A stretch of DNA of 64,000 nt from Comamonadaceae bacterium (GTDB taxonomy: Bacteria; Pseudomonadota; Gammaproteobacteria; Burkholderiales; Burkholderiaceae_C), in NCBI GenBank assembly GCA_947445115.1, contig CANFCG010000002.1, positions 36,204-100,203 on the forward strand, read 5' to 3'. Shown in pieces: positions 45,431-53,681 of the stretch (positions are counted from its first letter, which is position 1; every line of letters begins with the position of its first letter). Under the pieces are notes generated by a model. That model made no database searches. It was not told the origin of the DNA and was given only the letters and a program-made list of their open reading frames with translations. The position numbers were made by a program, and so were the translations under genes.

Positions 45431-45568
45431 ATGTCAGCAACCTCCCACGACAAACAACAGCCAAGCGATGTGATCGAGGCGATTGTCCCGATGATGCCCA
45501 TCGTGCTACCCATTGTGGGCGGCGCTCTTATTTTTTTACTAGCCTTCATCGCCGTTTTCATGGCGTAA
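45431..45568 (+). CDS. Possible 45-aa small membrane protein (below the ORF-track size cutoff)
   Basis: ATG...TAA reads MSATSHDKQQPSDVIEAIVPMMPIVLPIVGGALIFLLAFIAVFMA, a polar head plus one C-terminal TM helix. It lies in the otherwise empty 378-bp gap before pckG. Confidence 0.35.
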   Translation: MSATSHDKQQPSDVIEAIVPMMPIVLPIVGGALIFLLAFIAVFMA

Positions 45569-45662
45569 GAGGTTTGTAGCCTTTAAACCCCCTCGCTCCA
45601 CTGGCGTTCATTGCGATCAGCTGGTCTAGCAATCTCCCTCTAGTCCTCTCGAAAGCTTTTTT

Positions 45663-47540
45663 ATGTCTACGATTCAACAGGCAGGAACACCCGTCTCTGC
45701 GGCCGCCACAGCCCCCTCTTTTGTGCAACACTCTAAGCTGATTGCATGGGTGCAGCAAATGGTTGATATTCTTCAGCCAGATGCCATCCACTGGTGTGAT
45801 GGTTCTAAAGAAGAATACGACCGCTTGTGCGATCAGCTAGTCACCGCGGGTGTATTTAAGCGTCTTAATCCTGTTAAACGCCCCGACTCTTTCCTCGCAC
45901 TGTCCGATCCATCCGATGTGGCACGTGTCGAAGATCGCACCTTCATTTGCTGCGAGAAGAAGGAAGACGCCGGACCGACTAATAACTGGAAGGCGCCTGC
46001 CGAGATGCGCGCCGAAACGCTGCCGCTGTTTACGGGCGCCATGCGTGGCCGCACCATGTACGTCGTGCCATTCAGCATGGGGCCACTCGGTTCACCGATT
46101 GCCCACATCGGTATCGAACTATCCGATAGCGCCTATGTTGCCGTCAACATGCGCCTCATGACCCGCATGGGAAAAGACGTGTACGGCGTACTGGGCGAGA
46201 GCGGTCACTTTGTGCCTTGCGTGCACACCGTTGGCGCACCGCTAGCGGCTGGCGAAAAGGATAAAACCAGCTGGCCTTGCAATCAAACCAAATACATCAT
46301 TCAATACCCAGAGACGCAAGAGATTTGGAGCTACGGTTCGGGTTATGGCGGTAACGCACTGCTTGGCAAAAAATGCTTTGCACTGCGTATCGCGTCCAAC
46401 ATGGGCCGTGAGCAAGGCTGGCTCGCCGAGCACATGTTGATCTTGGGCGTGACCAATCCGAAGGGCAGGAAATATCATGTGGCAGCGGCTTTCCCAAGCG
46501 CTTGCGGCAAGACCAATTTCTCTATGCTCGTGCCGCCAGCTGGCTTTGATGGCTGGAAGGTCACGACTGTAGGTGACGACATTGCTTGGATTAAGCCAGG
46601 ACCTGACGGCGAACTCCGCGCCATCAATCCAGAGGCTGGCTACTTTGGCGTAGCACCTGGCACCAATATGCAAACCAATCCAAATTGCATGTTGTCTCTC
46701 AATAAAGATACCATTTTCACCAACGTGGCATTGACCGACGACGGCGACGTATGGTGGGAAGGCATGGAGCAAGATGGTGGCGGCTTGCCTGCTCATTTAA
46801 TCGATTGGCAAGGCAAAGACTGGACGCCGCAAATCGCAAAAGAAACAGGTGCAAAAGCGGCGCATCCTAATTCACGTTTCACTATTCACGCCAGCAACAA
46901 CCCAGCTATTGACGCCAATGCCAACGACCCCGCAGGCGTGCCGATTGATGCGTTCATTTTTGGCGGTCGTCGTTCTAACACCGTGCCGCTGATTACCGAA
47001 GCCCGCACATGGACCGAAGGCGTGTACATGGCTGCGACCATGGGCTCCGAGACCACAGCCGCTATCGCTGGCGCACAAGGCGTGGTGCGTCGCGATCCAT
47101 TCGCCATGATCGCGTTTTGCGGCTACAACATGAGCGACTATTTCCAGCACTGGCTCAACATGGGTGAGAAGTTAGCAACTGCTGACTTGAAGCAACCCAA
47201 AATTTACAACTCCAACTGGTTCCGCAAAGGTGAAAACGGCAAGTTCATTTGGCCAGGCTATGGCGAGAACATGCGTGTGCTTAAGTGGATCATCGACCGC
47301 CTAGAAGGCGAAGCCGCTGGTGTCGATACACCGTTTGGCGTGACGCCAAGCTATGCCGATCTCAATTGGGATGGCCTAGACTTTGGCGCTGACAAGTTCG
47401 AACAAGTTACGAGCTTTGATACCGACTTGTGGACGGCTGAGCTGAAGTTACATCAAGCACTTTTCGATACGCTCAGCTACCACTTGCCTAAAGAGTTGGT
47501 GGACGTAAAGGCGAAGATTGAGGCGCGCTTAGCGGCTTAA
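45663..47540 (+). CDS. pckG: Phosphoenolpyruvate carboxykinase (GTP)
   Basis: 625 aa. The kinase-1a motif FPSACGKTN and the overall GTP-PEPCK pattern are present. Confidence 0.95.
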   Translation: MSTIQQAGTPVSAAATAPSFVQHSKLIAWVQQMVDILQPDAIHWCDGSKEEYDRLCDQLVTAGVFKRLNPVKRPDSFLALSDPSDVARVEDRTFICCEKKEDAGPTNNWKAPAEMRAETLPLFTGAMRGRTMYVVPFSMGPLGSPIAHIGIELSDSAYVAVNMRLMTRMGKDVYGVLGESGHFVPCVHTVGAPLAAGEKDKTSWPCNQTKYIIQYPETQEIWSYGSGYGGNALLGKKCFALRIASNMGREQGWLAEHMLILGVTNPKGRKYHVAAAFPSACGKTNFSMLVPPAGFDGWKVTTVGDDIAWIKPGPDGELRAINPEAGYFGVAPGTNMQTNPNCMLSLNKDTIFTNVALTDDGDVWWEGMEQDGGGLPAHLIDWQGKDWTPQIAKETGAKAAHPNSRFTIHASNNPAIDANANDPAGVPIDAFIFGGRRSNTVPLITEARTWTEGVYMAATMGSETTAAIAGAQGVVRRDPFAMIAFCGYNMSDYFQHWLNMGEKLATADLKQPKIYNSNWFRKGENGKFIWPGYGENMRVLKWIIDRLEGEAAGVDTPFGVTPSYADLNWDGLDFGADKFEQVTSFDTDLWTAELKLHQALFDTLSYHLPKELVDVKAKIEARLAA

Positions 47541-47564
47541 GTAACTTATCTGTTACCATTAAGC

Positions 47565-47894
47565 ATGCAGCACGAAATCCGAGAATTGTTGTTGACGGAT
47601 GGAAGTAGCCCATATGCGGAGTGGTTCAACAGCCTATCGGCTGATGTGGCGGCCAAAGTGGCCACTAGCAAATTACGTATGTCGATGGGCAATCTGTCAA
47701 ACGTTGAGTGGTTTCGCGGCATTGGCGAGTGCAAGATTGATTTTGGTGCGGGCTGGCGGATTTACTTAGCGAAAGATGGTTTGGAGATCATTGTGCTGCT
47801 GGGCGGTGGAAGTAAAAAGGGGCAGCAGCGCGATATAGATCGCGCCTTGGCACTTTGGGATGATTACAAACATCGTAAAAAAGAACAGAAATAG
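47565..47894 (+). CDS. Type II toxin, addiction-module killer protein (RelE/HigB-like)
   Basis: 109 aa. The pattern ...PYAEWFNSL...KIDFGAGWRIYLAKDGLEIIVLLGGGSKKGQQRDI is typical of this killer-protein family. Confidence 0.75.
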   Translation: MQHEIRELLLTDGSSPYAEWFNSLSADVAAKVATSKLRMSMGNLSNVEWFRGIGECKIDFGAGWRIYLAKDGLEIIVLLGGGSKKGQQRDIDRALALWDDYKHRKKEQK

Positions 47895-47902
47895 GTGTTC
47901 AT

Positions 47903-48226
47903 ATGGCATTAACAAGAGATTACAGAGAAACCGTTGTTAAGCGTGCAGACGCAGACCCCGAGTTTGCTAAAGCATTGCTGGATGAGGCTGCCACACTCTT
48001 TTTGAATGGCGAGCCAGAAATTGCAAAGTTGATTTTGCGTGATCTTGTGAATGCAACGATGGGTTTTGAGCAGTTGGCTGGATTGATTGCAAAGCCTGTC
48101 AAAAGCTTGCATCGTATGTTGTCTCCGTCAGGTAATCCTACGATGAGTAATTTGGCTGCGATATTTCAAACACTCAAAAATAAGATGAACTTAGAGTTTC
48201 GTGCGCAGGCGTTTCGCTTGAGCTAA
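47903..48226 (+). CDS. Cognate antitoxin, addiction-module antidote protein (HigA-like HTH)
   Basis: 107 aa, starting 9 nt after the toxin gene. The segment SLHRMLSPSGNPTMSNLAAIFQTL is typical of the antidote family. Confidence 0.72.
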   Translation: MALTRDYRETVVKRADADPEFAKALLDEAATLFLNGEPEIAKLILRDLVNATMGFEQLAGLIAKPVKSLHRMLSPSGNPTMSNLAAIFQTLKNKMNLEFRAQAFRLS

Positions 48227-48516
48227 TCTTTGCTGCTCAATCTGGAAAGGGCAGGGATAGCTTTACTGTTCTGGCCTCCCCCCGACTTCTCTAGCTGCGC
48301 GACGGCCTTGGCTACTTTTACGCCACAAGCCATACACCAGTCTAAATAAAAAATCACATCAACATAACGCTCACCGCGTTCAATTTTAGAAACGTAGGAT
48401 TGGTCTAACTTCAACCGATCAGCGATTTCGATTTGCGTCAACCCTGCGCTCTGGCGCAATGCCTTCAAGTGGTCGCGCAGCGCGACATAACGAGGGTGAT
48501 GAATTGATAAGACCAC
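48223..48516 (-). CDS. XRE-family helix-turn-helix transcriptional regulator
   Basis: HTH LRQSAGLTQIEIADRLKLDQSYVSKIERGER. The start is GTG, so the start position is uncertain. Confidence 0.65.
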   Translation of the reverse strand: MVLSIHHPRYVALRDHLKALRQSAGLTQIEIADRLKLDQSYVSKIERGERYVDVIFYLDWCMACGVKVAKAVAQLEKSGGGQNSKAIPALSRLSSKD

Positions 48517-48528
48517 TCGCGCATAATC

Positions 48529-48560
48529 AAGGTCAAATCGGAATAGGTCATTTTGACCTT
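48529..48560. promoter_or_regulatory. Candidate operator: AAGGTCAAA-N14-TTTGACCTT inverted repeat, with a third AGGTCA half-site in the spacer
   Basis: Perfect 9-bp arms, 13 bp upstream of the XRE gene start, in the divergent region toward the small-peptide gene. Confidence 0.45.
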
Positions 48561-48676
48561 ATTAAAGATGCAATCTTTACCAACAGTAAGTGCTTAGAAC
48601 CACATTGACAAGCGAAGATTTATTGGAAGATATCTACTGCGCCCATGCGGAACGTGGGATTTTTAAGGGGCTGACC

Positions 48677-48808
48677 ATGAAGAAGAAAATTGTTGCGGCG
48701 CTGATAGCCACACTCACATTCGCGGCGTTTGCGGCGTGTCCGTCATACGCGCCATACCGATGCGTGCCAGATTACAACGGGAAAATGCGCTGCGGCTGCG
48801 GAGTGTAG
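48677..48808 (+). CDS. Possible 43-aa secreted or lipidated Cys-rich peptide
   Basis: MKKKIVAALIATLTFAAFAA|CPSYAPYRCVPDYNGKMRCGCGV is a signal peptide with a lipobox-like FAAC and four Cys in 23 mature residues. A strong terminator follows. Confidence 0.45.
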   Translation: MKKKIVAALIATLTFAAFAACPSYAPYRCVPDYNGKMRCGCGV

Positions 48809-48813
48809 ATGTG

Positions 48814-48840
48814 AAAAAACCGCATCGCTGCGGTTTTTTT
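48814..48840. terminator. Bidirectional rho-independent terminator
   Basis: AAAAAA-CCGCA-TCGC-TGCGG-TTTTTTT lies between convergent genes. The stem is only 5 bp, or 11 bp if the A/T tracts pair. Confidence 0.6.
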
Positions 48841-48892
48841 CGCTCTAAGCCTGAGTCAACTTAATGACACGCGAAGGGATGGCGCGTTAGTT

Positions 48893-49687
48893 CTAACCGA
48901 ATCTCACCTCCAACCAGCTCTTGAGTTCCTCAAACACAGGACTCGAATTCACCTCATTGAAGATCTCGTGATAGAGGTTTTCATAGCATGTTGATTGCAA
49001 CATCGACTTAGGCGCAAGCCCAGTAAACCTGCGGCTTGCAGCAGCATCGACTAACTTGTCTTGACCAGCGTACATCAGCAGCGTGGGCACACTCCAAGTA
49101 CTTGCTGTTTGAAGCGTTGCTGCACCGTTGTCCATGATCCATTTGCCAAGTCTTGGCGATACTTTGTTGTGGACGAGCGGGTCGGCTAGGTAAGCCTTCA
49201 TCACCTTGGGGTCGTGCGAAATCTTGTTTGCGTCTAGACCATTGGCCACTGTCAAGTTGGGAGCTATCTTGGGTAGCACGGCTAGCAGCAGTTTGTCTAT
49301 GGCTTTGAGCTTTGCACCCAATGCAGGCGACGACAAAACTAGCGCATCGATGGGGCGGATATTGAGTGACACAAACCTTGCAGCCACCAAGCCACCCATG
49401 CTGTGGCCTAGCAAAATTAAAGGCAGGTTGGCATGATCTTGTGCCGCCATTTGCTTGCGCGTATCGTCAATCACCAAGGCGAGATCGTCTAGCAGCCGAT
49501 CAGTGGATGGCAGGCAGCCACGTTTACCGCTGGCTGTGCCATGTCCATATTGATCGTAAGCGCGAACCGCAAAGCCCCAATCGTTGAGATGCTGGATGAC
49601 GTGCGCATAGCGCCCCATATGCTCGCCAAGGCCATGTACCAAAACAATGTGGCCACGAAGGGTTTTGAGTGCGCGGGTGATGTTCAT
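48893..49687 (-). CDS. Alpha/beta hydrolase (lysophospholipase/monoacylglycerol-lipase-like)
   Basis: Motif HGLGEH, nucleophile elbow GHSMGG and a C-terminal His region YHEIFNE. Confidence 0.8.
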   Translation of the reverse strand: MNITRALKTLRGHIVLVHGLGEHMGRYAHVIQHLNDWGFAVRAYDQYGHGTASGKRGCLPSTDRLLDDLALVIDDTRKQMAAQDHANLPLILLGHSMGGLVAARFVSLNIRPIDALVLSSPALGAKLKAIDKLLLAVLPKIAPNLTVANGLDANKISHDPKVMKAYLADPLVHNKVSPRLGKWIMDNGAATLQTASTWSVPTLLMYAGQDKLVDAAASRRFTGLAPKSMLQSTCYENLYHEIFNEVNSSPVFEELKSWLEVRFG

Positions 49688-49704
49688 CTATAAAATCATA
49701 GCCT

Positions 49705-50574
49705 ATGACAACTTCTAACAAACCTGCTTACAAAGTCGCTGGCATCATGGGCTGGCCCGTGGGTCAATCGCGCTCACCATTGATTCATAACTACTGGATT
49801 GCCAAATATGGACTGGAGGGTGATTACATCCGTTTGCCTGTGAAGCCAGATAGCCCAACAGGTTTGAAAGACGCGATCGCTGGCATGCGTGCCATGGGCT
49901 TTGCGGGCTGCAATCTCACGATGCCGCACAAGACAGCGGCGCTGCCGTTTGTTGATCACTTAGACCCGATGGCAAAGCGGATGGGCGCAGTCAACACTTT
50001 AGTGTTTGCGGAGGACGGTTCGATTAGCGGCTACAACAACGATGGGTTTGGCTATGTCGAGAGCCTGCGCGAAGTGGGATACACCGACTTCGCCAAAGGC
50101 CCGATCACGGTGCTGGGCGCAGGCGGCGCGGCGCGTGCGGTCTTGCTAGCCCTCGCAGATGCGGGTGCAAAGGAGATTCGGCTTGCCAATCGCACGGATG
50201 CCAACGCAGTGACTATCGCCGCCAGATTTACTGATGAATTTGGCGTGCCAGTCAAAGCTATGCCGTGGGCGAATCGCGCAGCAGCCCTTGATGGCTGTGC
50301 CTTGCTGGTCAATACCACCAGTCAGGGCATGTACGGCCAGCCCGCGCTCGATCTATCCTTGGACGCATTGCCACTGACCGCCTTGGTCTCGGACGTGATT
50401 TATGTGCCGCTAGAAACGCCGCTCTTAGCTGCGGCCAAAGCGCGTGGACACCAAACCGTGAACGGCCTTGGCATGCTGCTCAATCAAGCACGGCCTGCGT
50501 TTAAAGCGTGGTTTGGCGTGATGCCCGACATTACTGATGAGTTGCGTGCCAAAGCTTTAGCTACGTTCCAATAA
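49705..50574 (+). CDS. aroE: Shikimate dehydrogenase
   Basis: Motifs GWPVGQSRSPLIHNYW, NLTMPHK, NTLV and the NADP motif LGAGGAARA. Confidence 0.88.
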   Translation: MTTSNKPAYKVAGIMGWPVGQSRSPLIHNYWIAKYGLEGDYIRLPVKPDSPTGLKDAIAGMRAMGFAGCNLTMPHKTAALPFVDHLDPMAKRMGAVNTLVFAEDGSISGYNNDGFGYVESLREVGYTDFAKGPITVLGAGGAARAVLLALADAGAKEIRLANRTDANAVTIAARFTDEFGVPVKAMPWANRAAALDGCALLVNTTSQGMYGQPALDLSLDALPLTALVSDVIYVPLETPLLAAAKARGHQTVNGLGMLLNQARPAFKAWFGVMPDITDELRAKALATFQ

Positions 50575-51560
50575 TGAAGCGCATGTTTGGGGGGTGGTTT
50601 GCGGTGCTGTTATGGCTTCCCGCCTTCGCGGAAATGACGAGTGCCGTTTACCCTAGTAAACCGATTCGTCTCATCGTGCCCTTTACGCCTGGCGGCAGCT
50701 CCGACATCTTGGCGCGTGCTGTTGGACTAGAACTAACGAAGGCATGGGGACAGCCCGTGGTCATCGACAACATTGCGGGGGCGGGTGGCAGCATCGGTGC
50801 CGACAAAGCTGCTAAATCGGCGGCAGACGGCTACACGTTGCTCATGGGGCACATCGGCACATTGGCGGTCAATCCATCGCTCTATCCTGATTTGTCTTAC
50901 AAGCCGCTGATAGACTTTGCACCCGTTGCATGGGTGGCGCGTGTGCCCAATGTGCTGGTGGTCAATCCCAGCGTACCCGCGAAGAATCTAAAGGAATTGA
51001 TTGCGCTTGCTAAATCGCATCCAGGCCAGATGAACTATGGCTCGGGCGGCAATGGCAGTGCCGCCAACTTAGCGACCGAGTATTTCAAATTGCAAACAAG
51101 CACATCGCTGGTTCATATCCCCTATCGCGGCACAGTGCCATCCGTCACTGATCTATTGGGTGGACAAGTGCAGGTGCTGTTTACAGGCATTCCTGCGCTG
51201 CTTCCGTACATCAAATCAGGGCAAATGCGGGCGTTGGCGGTGTCATCGCGAGAGCGCTTAGAGTCGCTTCCTGATGTGCCAGCCGTCGCAGAGCTTGGAC
51301 GCGAAATGCCCAGCCTTAAAGGCTTCGAAGCCGATCAGTGGTACGGTGTTGTCGTGCCAGCAGGCACGCCCAAAGACATCATTGCTAAGCTCAACGCGCA
51401 AATCAATAAAGCGCTTGTGACGCCTGAGCTCAAAGCACGCTTAAATAGCGAAGGCGCCATCGCCACGCCGACCACGCCAGAAGCTTTTGGCGCGTTGATA
51501 AAAACAGAAATCACGCGCTGGAAGCCTGTGATTTCGTCAGGGCGTGTGAAGGCGAATTAA
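50574..51560 (+). CDS. Bug-family (TctC-like) tripartite tricarboxylate transporter substrate-binding protein
   Basis: Motif YPSKPIRLIVPFTPGGSSDILAR...NYGSGGNGSA is the typical Bug signature. The start overlaps the aroE stop (TAATG). Confidence 0.88.
   Translation: MKRMFGGWFAVLLWLPAFAEMTSAVYPSKPIRLIVPFTPGGSSDILARAVGLELTKAWGQPVVIDNIAGAGGSIGADKAAKSAADGYTLLMGHIGTLAVNPSLYPDLSYKPLIDFAPVAWVARVPNVLVVNPSVPAKNLKELIALAKSHPGQMNYGSGGNGSAANLATEYFKLQTSTSLVHIPYRGTVPSVTDLLGGQVQVLFTGIPALLPYIKSGQMRALAVSSRERLESLPDVPAVAELGREMPSLKGFEADQWYGVVVPAGTPKDIIAKLNAQINKALVTPELKARLNSEGAIATPTTPEAFGALIKTEITRWKPVISSGRVKAN
50616..50635. repeat. Degenerate REP-like element embedded in the Bug gene signal-peptide codons (CTTCCCGC-CTTC-GCGGAAAT, followed by GAC)
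   Basis: Same family and flank (ATGAC) as the copies at 15561 and 57737. It encodes ...LPAFAEMT... Confidence 0.5.
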
Positions 51561-51578
51561 AGAGAACTAAGATCAGCC

Positions 51579-52604
51579 ATGGCCTCAATCTCGCTTTCAA
51601 ACGTTGTTAAACGATACGCAGCAGTCAGCAAAGACAAGCTTGCCACGCAAGTGATTCACGGCGTGACTGCCGAGATTGTGGATGGCGAGTTTGTCGTCAT
51701 CATTGGGCCCTCTGGCTGCGGTAAATCGACGCTACTGCGTATGGTTGCGGGTTTAGAAGAAGTGACTGAAGGTCAAATCAAAATTGGCGAGCGAGTCGTC
51801 AACGACCTAGAGCCTGCCGAGCGCGACATTGCGATGGTGTTTCAAAACTACGCGCTCTATCCGCACATGACAGTCGAGGGCAATATGGCGTATGGTCTAA
51901 AGATTGCGAAAGTGCCAAAAGATGAAATCAAACGCCGCGTGGACAAAGCCGCCGCCACGCTAGAGCTCTCGCACCTACTGACGCGCAGGCCCGGCCAGCT
52001 ATCAGGCGGGCAGCGTCAGCGGGTCGCGATGGGACGCGCCATTGTGCGCGAGCCACAGGTGTTTTTGTTTGACGAGCCGCTCTCAAATTTGGACGCAAAA
52101 TTACGCGCCCAAACGCGCCTAGAGATTCAAAAGCTGCATCGCGAACTGGGCATCACGTCGCTGTTTGTCACGCACGATCAAGTCGAAGCTATGACGCTGG
52201 CCGAGCGAATTTTGATTTTGAACGCAGGCGTGATTGAGCAATTTGATACACCCGATAACGTTTACAAAAAGCCTGCCAGCACATTTGTCGCCAGCTTCAT
52301 TGGTTCACCGCCGATGAACTTGATTCCTCAAAGTGGCAATGACGCTGGAAAAATTCTAGGTGTACGCCCAGAGCATTTAAATATCGTGCCTGTGCCCGTC
52401 GATGGGAGCTGGACAGTCAAAGTGCAAACCACAGAATTGCTTGGAGCGGAGCGTTTGATCTACGCAAAATATGACGATGCACCGATTGTGATTCGCGTCG
52501 ATTCGGATGCAGTTACGCCAACTATTGGCGAGACTTTGCACGTGATGCCTCGTGCCGATCAACTCCACTGGTTTGATGCCAAAACGGAAAAGAGGATTGC
52601 ATGA
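51579..52604 (+). CDS. ugpC: ABC transporter ATP-binding protein, UgpC/MalK family
   Basis: Walker [10 protein letters not shown], signature LSGGQRQRV, Walker [12 protein letters not shown], and a C-terminal regulatory domain. ugpQ follows. Confidence 0.8.
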   Translation: MASISLSNVVKRYAAVSKDKLATQVIHGVTAEIVDGEFVVIIGPSGCGKSTLLRMVAGLEEVTEGQIKIGERVVNDLEPAERDIAMVFQNYALYPHMTVEGNMAYGLKIAKVPKDEIKRRVDKAAATLELSHLLTRRPGQLSGGQRQRVAMGRAIVREPQVFLFDEPLSNLDAKLRAQTRLEIQKLHRELGITSLFVTHDQVEAMTLAERILILNAGVIEQFDTPDNVYKKPASTFVASFIGSPPMNLIPQSGNDAGKILGVRPEHLNIVPVPVDGSWTVKVQTTELLGAERLIYAKYDDAPIVIRVDSDAVTPTIGETLHVMPRADQLHWFDAKTEKRIA

Positions 52605-53377
52605 ATCAAAGTACAAATTGGCCTTACCCACGCTTTATCGCCCACCGAGGCGGCGGCAAGTTAGCGCCTGAGAATACGCTCGCGGCCTTCCGCGTCGGCG
52701 CATCGTTTGGCTATCGCATGTTTGAGTGCGACATCAAACTCTCTAGCGACAACGTGCCTTTTGTGCTGCATGACGACACGCTCGATCGCACGTCAACTGG
52801 CAAGGGTGTTGCAGGCGTACTCGACTGGAGCACCATCTCCAGCTTTGACGCTGGCAGCTGGTACAGCCGTGTGTACGCAGGCGAGCCCGTGCCGACGATG
52901 AATGCGGTGTCGCAGTTTTGCCTGCAAAATAATTACGCCATCAACATCGAGCTCAAGCCTACCGAAATGAAAGGCGAACCTAAAAGCACGGCAGATGCCA
53001 TGGCGCGCCGCACAGGCGAAGTCATCGCCAAGCGAGCACAGGTGCTGTGGAAGGATTCCAATCTCAAGCCGCTGATGAGCTCGTTTAAGCCCGAGTCGCT
53101 CATTGGTGCCCAAGTCGTTGCGCCAGAGTTACCACGTGGCTTGCTGCTGGATGAGCTCTGGGACGGCTGGTTCGAGTGCGCCGTGAATTTGGACTGCGCC
53201 ATCGTGACTTGCGACCACACCTTGTGGAGTGCGGACAACGTCGCCAAAGTCAAAGCGCAAGGCATGCGCTGCGGCAGTTACACGGTGAATGAGATGGCTG
53301 AAGCTAGGCGCTTATTTGAACTGGGCATCGATTGCATCTACACCGATCGACTCGACTTATTTTTACCAGCCAGCTAA
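52601..53377 (+). CDS. ugpQ: Glycerophosphodiester phosphodiesterase
   Basis: Motif [19 protein letters not shown]...[23 protein letters not shown]. Confidence 0.85.
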   Translation: MNQSTNWPYPRFIAHRGGGKLAPENTLAAFRVGASFGYRMFECDIKLSSDNVPFVLHDDTLDRTSTGKGVAGVLDWSTISSFDAGSWYSRVYAGEPVPTMNAVSQFCLQNNYAINIELKPTEMKGEPKSTADAMARRTGEVIAKRAQVLWKDSNLKPLMSSFKPESLIGAQVVAPELPRGLLLDELWDGWFECAVNLDCAIVTCDHTLWSADNVAKVKAQGMRCGSYTVNEMAEARRLFELGIDCIYTDRLDLFLPAS

Positions 53378-53631
53378 TCTTTACGTGATTGAAATAGTTG
53401 CGCTAGGCTGCAAGCCACGACCAGTAAGGCATACGAGAGTATTTTCCCGTCAACGCCAAACAACACAAGGCCTGTGGCCATGGCGACTGTGCCAATAATA
53501 CTGTTGATTAACCAAGTTTGCCGAGCGTTTTTCTTGCCGTAGCGCCTACCCCAAAACGACAAAGCGCCGCCCACAAACACGGCAGGCAGAGCGAAATTGA
53601 TGAGGTGAAAGAGGGCGTCTAAGGCAGTCAT
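53374..53631 (-). CDS. Small hypothetical membrane protein
   Basis: 85 aa from ATG 53631, with three hydrophobic helices. I recognise no family. Confidence 0.45.
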   Translation of the reverse strand: MTALDALFHLINFALPAVFVGGALSFWGRRYGKKNARQTWLINSIIGTVAMATGLVLFGVDGKILSYALLVVACSLAQLFQSRKD

Positions 53632-53681
53632 AGATTCAAATTTTATAATCAAGGAATGCGCCCCCTCTCGTCCTCTCATTA

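Noticed and set aside
46242-46796. A 184-aa minus-strand ORF inside pckG
   Set aside because: It is a shadow ORF opposite a highly conserved PEPCK coding region.
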